Source: Candidatus Oleincola secundus (GTDB lineage: Bacteria > Atribacterota > Phoenicimicrobiia > Phoenicimicrobiales > Stramentimicrobiaceae). From it: 18,494 nt of DNA. Under the pieces are notes generated by a model. It was given only the letters and a program-made list of their open reading frames with translations. It was not told where the DNA came from and ran no database searches. The stretch spans positions 1 to 18,494 of the forward strand of contig JAGYLS010000032.1 in NCBI GenBank assembly GCA_018400815.1, read 5' to 3'. Below are positions 16,474-18,494 of this stretch, one piece after another (positions within the stretch are counted from its first letter, which is position 1; each line of letters opens with the position of its first letter). A program made the position numbers and the translations under genes.

Positions 16474-18494
16474 TTTCAATGGTTACCATGGCACTTCTTC
16501 CTGGTCTCTGGAATATTTTAACTTTGAACCAGGCCAGGAAAAACTAAGAGAAGCTTTGTGTACATTAGGAAATGGCTATCTGGGAACCAGGGGAAGTTTT
16601 ACAGAATCTTATGCTTCGAGAATCCACTATCCTGGTACTTATCTTGCAGGAGTGTTTAATAAATTAGAAAGTCATATTTCCGGTAAAACTATTGCTAATG
16701 AAGACCTTGTTAATTGTCCTAACTGGCTTCCTTTAACCTTTAAAACCGGAGAAGACCAGGAATGGATTACCCCATCCCCTAATCATATTATTTCTTATTA
16801 CCAGAAACTGGATTTCAAAGAAGCAGCACTAATAAGAAACTATAAAATCAAAGAACAATCCGGTAAAATTACCTCAATTGAAACCAGGAGAATTGTCCAT
16901 AGGGGGGAAATGCACCTGGTAGCTCAGGAATATTCCATCACACCGGAAAATTACAATGCGGAAATTATTGTTCGAACCGGATTAGACGGCAATGTTGAAA
17001 ATAAAGGAGTAGAAAGATACGGTGACCTTAATTCACTGCACCTTGCTCACGATGAAGTTGGCAATTTTTTGGATAATGGTATTTATTTATCAGTAGGTAC
17101 CAATCAATCTGATATCAAGATTGCCCAGGCTTCTTCTCTTTCTATTAGCAATAACGGCAAAGAAATAAAACCAATTGCTATTGATACCAAAAAAGAAGAA
17201 AAAACCATCTTCCAGGAATATAGAATCAAAGTCAACAAAAAACAGAAATATATAATCGATAAAAATGTCTCTATATATACCTCCCAGGATAAAGATACTG
17301 ATAATCCTCTAAAAAGTGCCATTGAATCAGCAAAAAAGTGCCCCAACTTTACATCTCTCTATGAATCCAATAAAAAAGTATGGTCTGATTTATGGAATAT
17401 GTTTGATATTAAGGTTGAGGGGCATACCTTTTCCCAAAAAGCTTTGAGGCTGCATATTTTTCATCTTTTAGAAACTGCTTCTATTCATAATACCAAATTA
17501 GATGTGGGAATTCCTGCCAGAGGATTATCCGGTGAAGCATATCGCGGACATATTTTCTGGGATGAAATTTTTATCCTGCCTGTCTACGATTTCCGTATTC
17601 CGGAAATTACCCATTCTACCCTACTCTACCGTTATAGAAGATTGGGACAGGCTAGAAAATATGCCAGCGAAAATGGTTACAAAGGAGCAATGTTCCCCTG
17701 GCAAAGCGGCTCCACCGGGGAAGAAGAAACCCAAATTATTCATCTTAATCCACAATCGGGAAAGTGGGGACCAGATAACAGCAGGAACCAAAGGCATATT
17801 TCCTTTGATATTGCTTATAGCCTATGGGAACACTGGAAGATAACCAAAGATATTAAATTCTTATCCGAATATGGGGCAGAACTTTTTCTTTCCATTGCTA
17901 AATTCGGTGCAAGCTTAACAGATTATGATTCGAAAGATAAAAGATATCATACAATAGGCTTAATGGGACCGGATGAATTTCATGAAAAACTCCCCGGAGC
18001 CTCAGAAGCCGGCCTAAAAGACAATGCTTATACCAATATTATGATTGTTTGGACTTTAAAAAGAGCGCTCTATTTACTTTCCTCTATACTGTCGGATAAA
18101 CGTAAAAAAGAACTGCTTAAAAAATTAGAAATTAATGAAGATGAATTAAAGCTCTGGGAAGATATCACTAAGAAAATAAAACTCATTATCAATGCAGAAG
18201 GCATCATAAGCCAGTTTGACGGATACTTTCAATTAAAAGAATTGAACTGGAAAGCTTATAGAAAAAAATACAAGAACATACAAAGAATGGATAGGATTTT
18301 AAAAGCAGAGGGTAAATCACCTAATGATTACAAGGTAGCCAAACAAGCTGATACACTTATGCTGCCTTATTTATTTCCTATCTCGGAACTGAAAGAAATT
18401 TTTAATGGTCTGGGTTATGAATTTAATATGGATATTCTCAGAAAAAATTATCAATATTATGTTCAAAGAACTTCGCACGGCTCCACATTAAGCA
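16436..18494 (+). CDS. GH65 glycoside phosphorylase (trehalose/trehalose-6-phosphate phosphorylase-like), 3' partial; absent from the ORF track
   Basis: Translated by hand; open from 16427 to the window end: REALCTLGNGYLGTRG, HYPGTYLAG, IPARGLSGEAYRGHIFWDE, MGPDEFHE, KQAD, RTSHGSTLS. Start uncertain (TTG 16436 or 16454). Confidence 0.92.
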   Translation, partial: MNKLLQLLLIKSNFNGYHGTSSWSLEYFNFEPGQEKLREALCTLGNGYLGTRGSFTESYASRIHYPGTYLAGVFNKLESHISGKTIANEDLVNCPNWLPLTFKTGEDQEWITPSPNHIISYYQKLDFKEAALIRNYKIKEQSGKITSIETRRIVHRGEMHLVAQEYSITPENYNAEIIVRTGLDGNVENKGVERYGDLNSLHLAHDEVGNFLDNGIYLSVGTNQSDIKIAQASSLSISNNGKEIKPIAIDTKKEEKTIFQEYRIKVNKKQKYIIDKNVSIYTSQDKDTDNPLKSAIESAKKCPNFTSLYESNKKVWSDLWNMFDIKVEGHTFSQKALRLHIFHLLETASIHNTKLDVGIPARGLSGEAYRGHIFWDEIFILPVYDFRIPEITHSTLLYRYRRLGQARKYASENGYKGAMFPWQSGSTGEEETQIIHLNPQSGKWGPDNSRNQRHISFDIAYSLWEHWKITKDIKFLSEYGAELFLSIAKFGASLTDYDSKDKRYHTIGLMGPDEFHEKLPGASEAGLKDNAYTNIMIVWTLKRALYLLSSILSDKRKKELLKKLEINEDELKLWEDITKKIKLIINAEGIISQFDGYFQLKELNWKAYRKKYKNIQRMDRILKAEGKSPNDYKVAKQADTLMLPYLFPISELKEIFNGLGYEFNMDILRKNYQYYVQRTSHGSTLS

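Noticed and set aside
13185..17843. ORFs 13185-13487, 14043-14291, 14257-14472, 15186-15563, 15835-16092, 17104-17346 and 17502-17843
   Set aside because: Antisense or alternate-frame shadows of namZ, otsB and the GH65 gene.

Overview
AT-rich bacterial chromosomal window, probably from an anaerobe. It has no rRNA, tRNA, CRISPR array or intact transposase. The minus strand carries an atypical TRAP-like operon (DUF6305-like secreted protein, DctM-like permease, a ~58-aa membrane protein, a membrane-anchored M14-type deacylase and the start of a further secreted protein), an ArsR regulator, a PlsC-type acyltransferase, an MFS transporter, a small membrane protein, an HtpX-like protein lacking its zinc motif, gluconate 5-dehydrogenase, a GT2 glycosyltransferase, an ABM monooxygenase and a NamZ-like muramidase. 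The plus strand carries a LOG-family gene and a beta-PGM/trehalose-6-phosphate phosphatase fusion, followed by a GH65 phosphorylase that the ORF track missed and that runs off the window end. Also missed by the ORF track: two non-autonomous IS200-type hairpin elements (one keeps scraps of tnpA), a decayed 2-hydroxyacyl-CoA dehydratase pseudogene, a promoter with a 13-bp inverted-repeat operator, and a short uORF plus a perfect 32-bp palindrome in the trehalose-operon leader. The most notable points are the OtsB1-like three-domain trehalose module split by one frame offset, the TRAP-like operon without DctP/DctQ, the IS200 relics and the apparently inactive HtpX paralog. All family calls come from motif recognition by eye; no searches were run.
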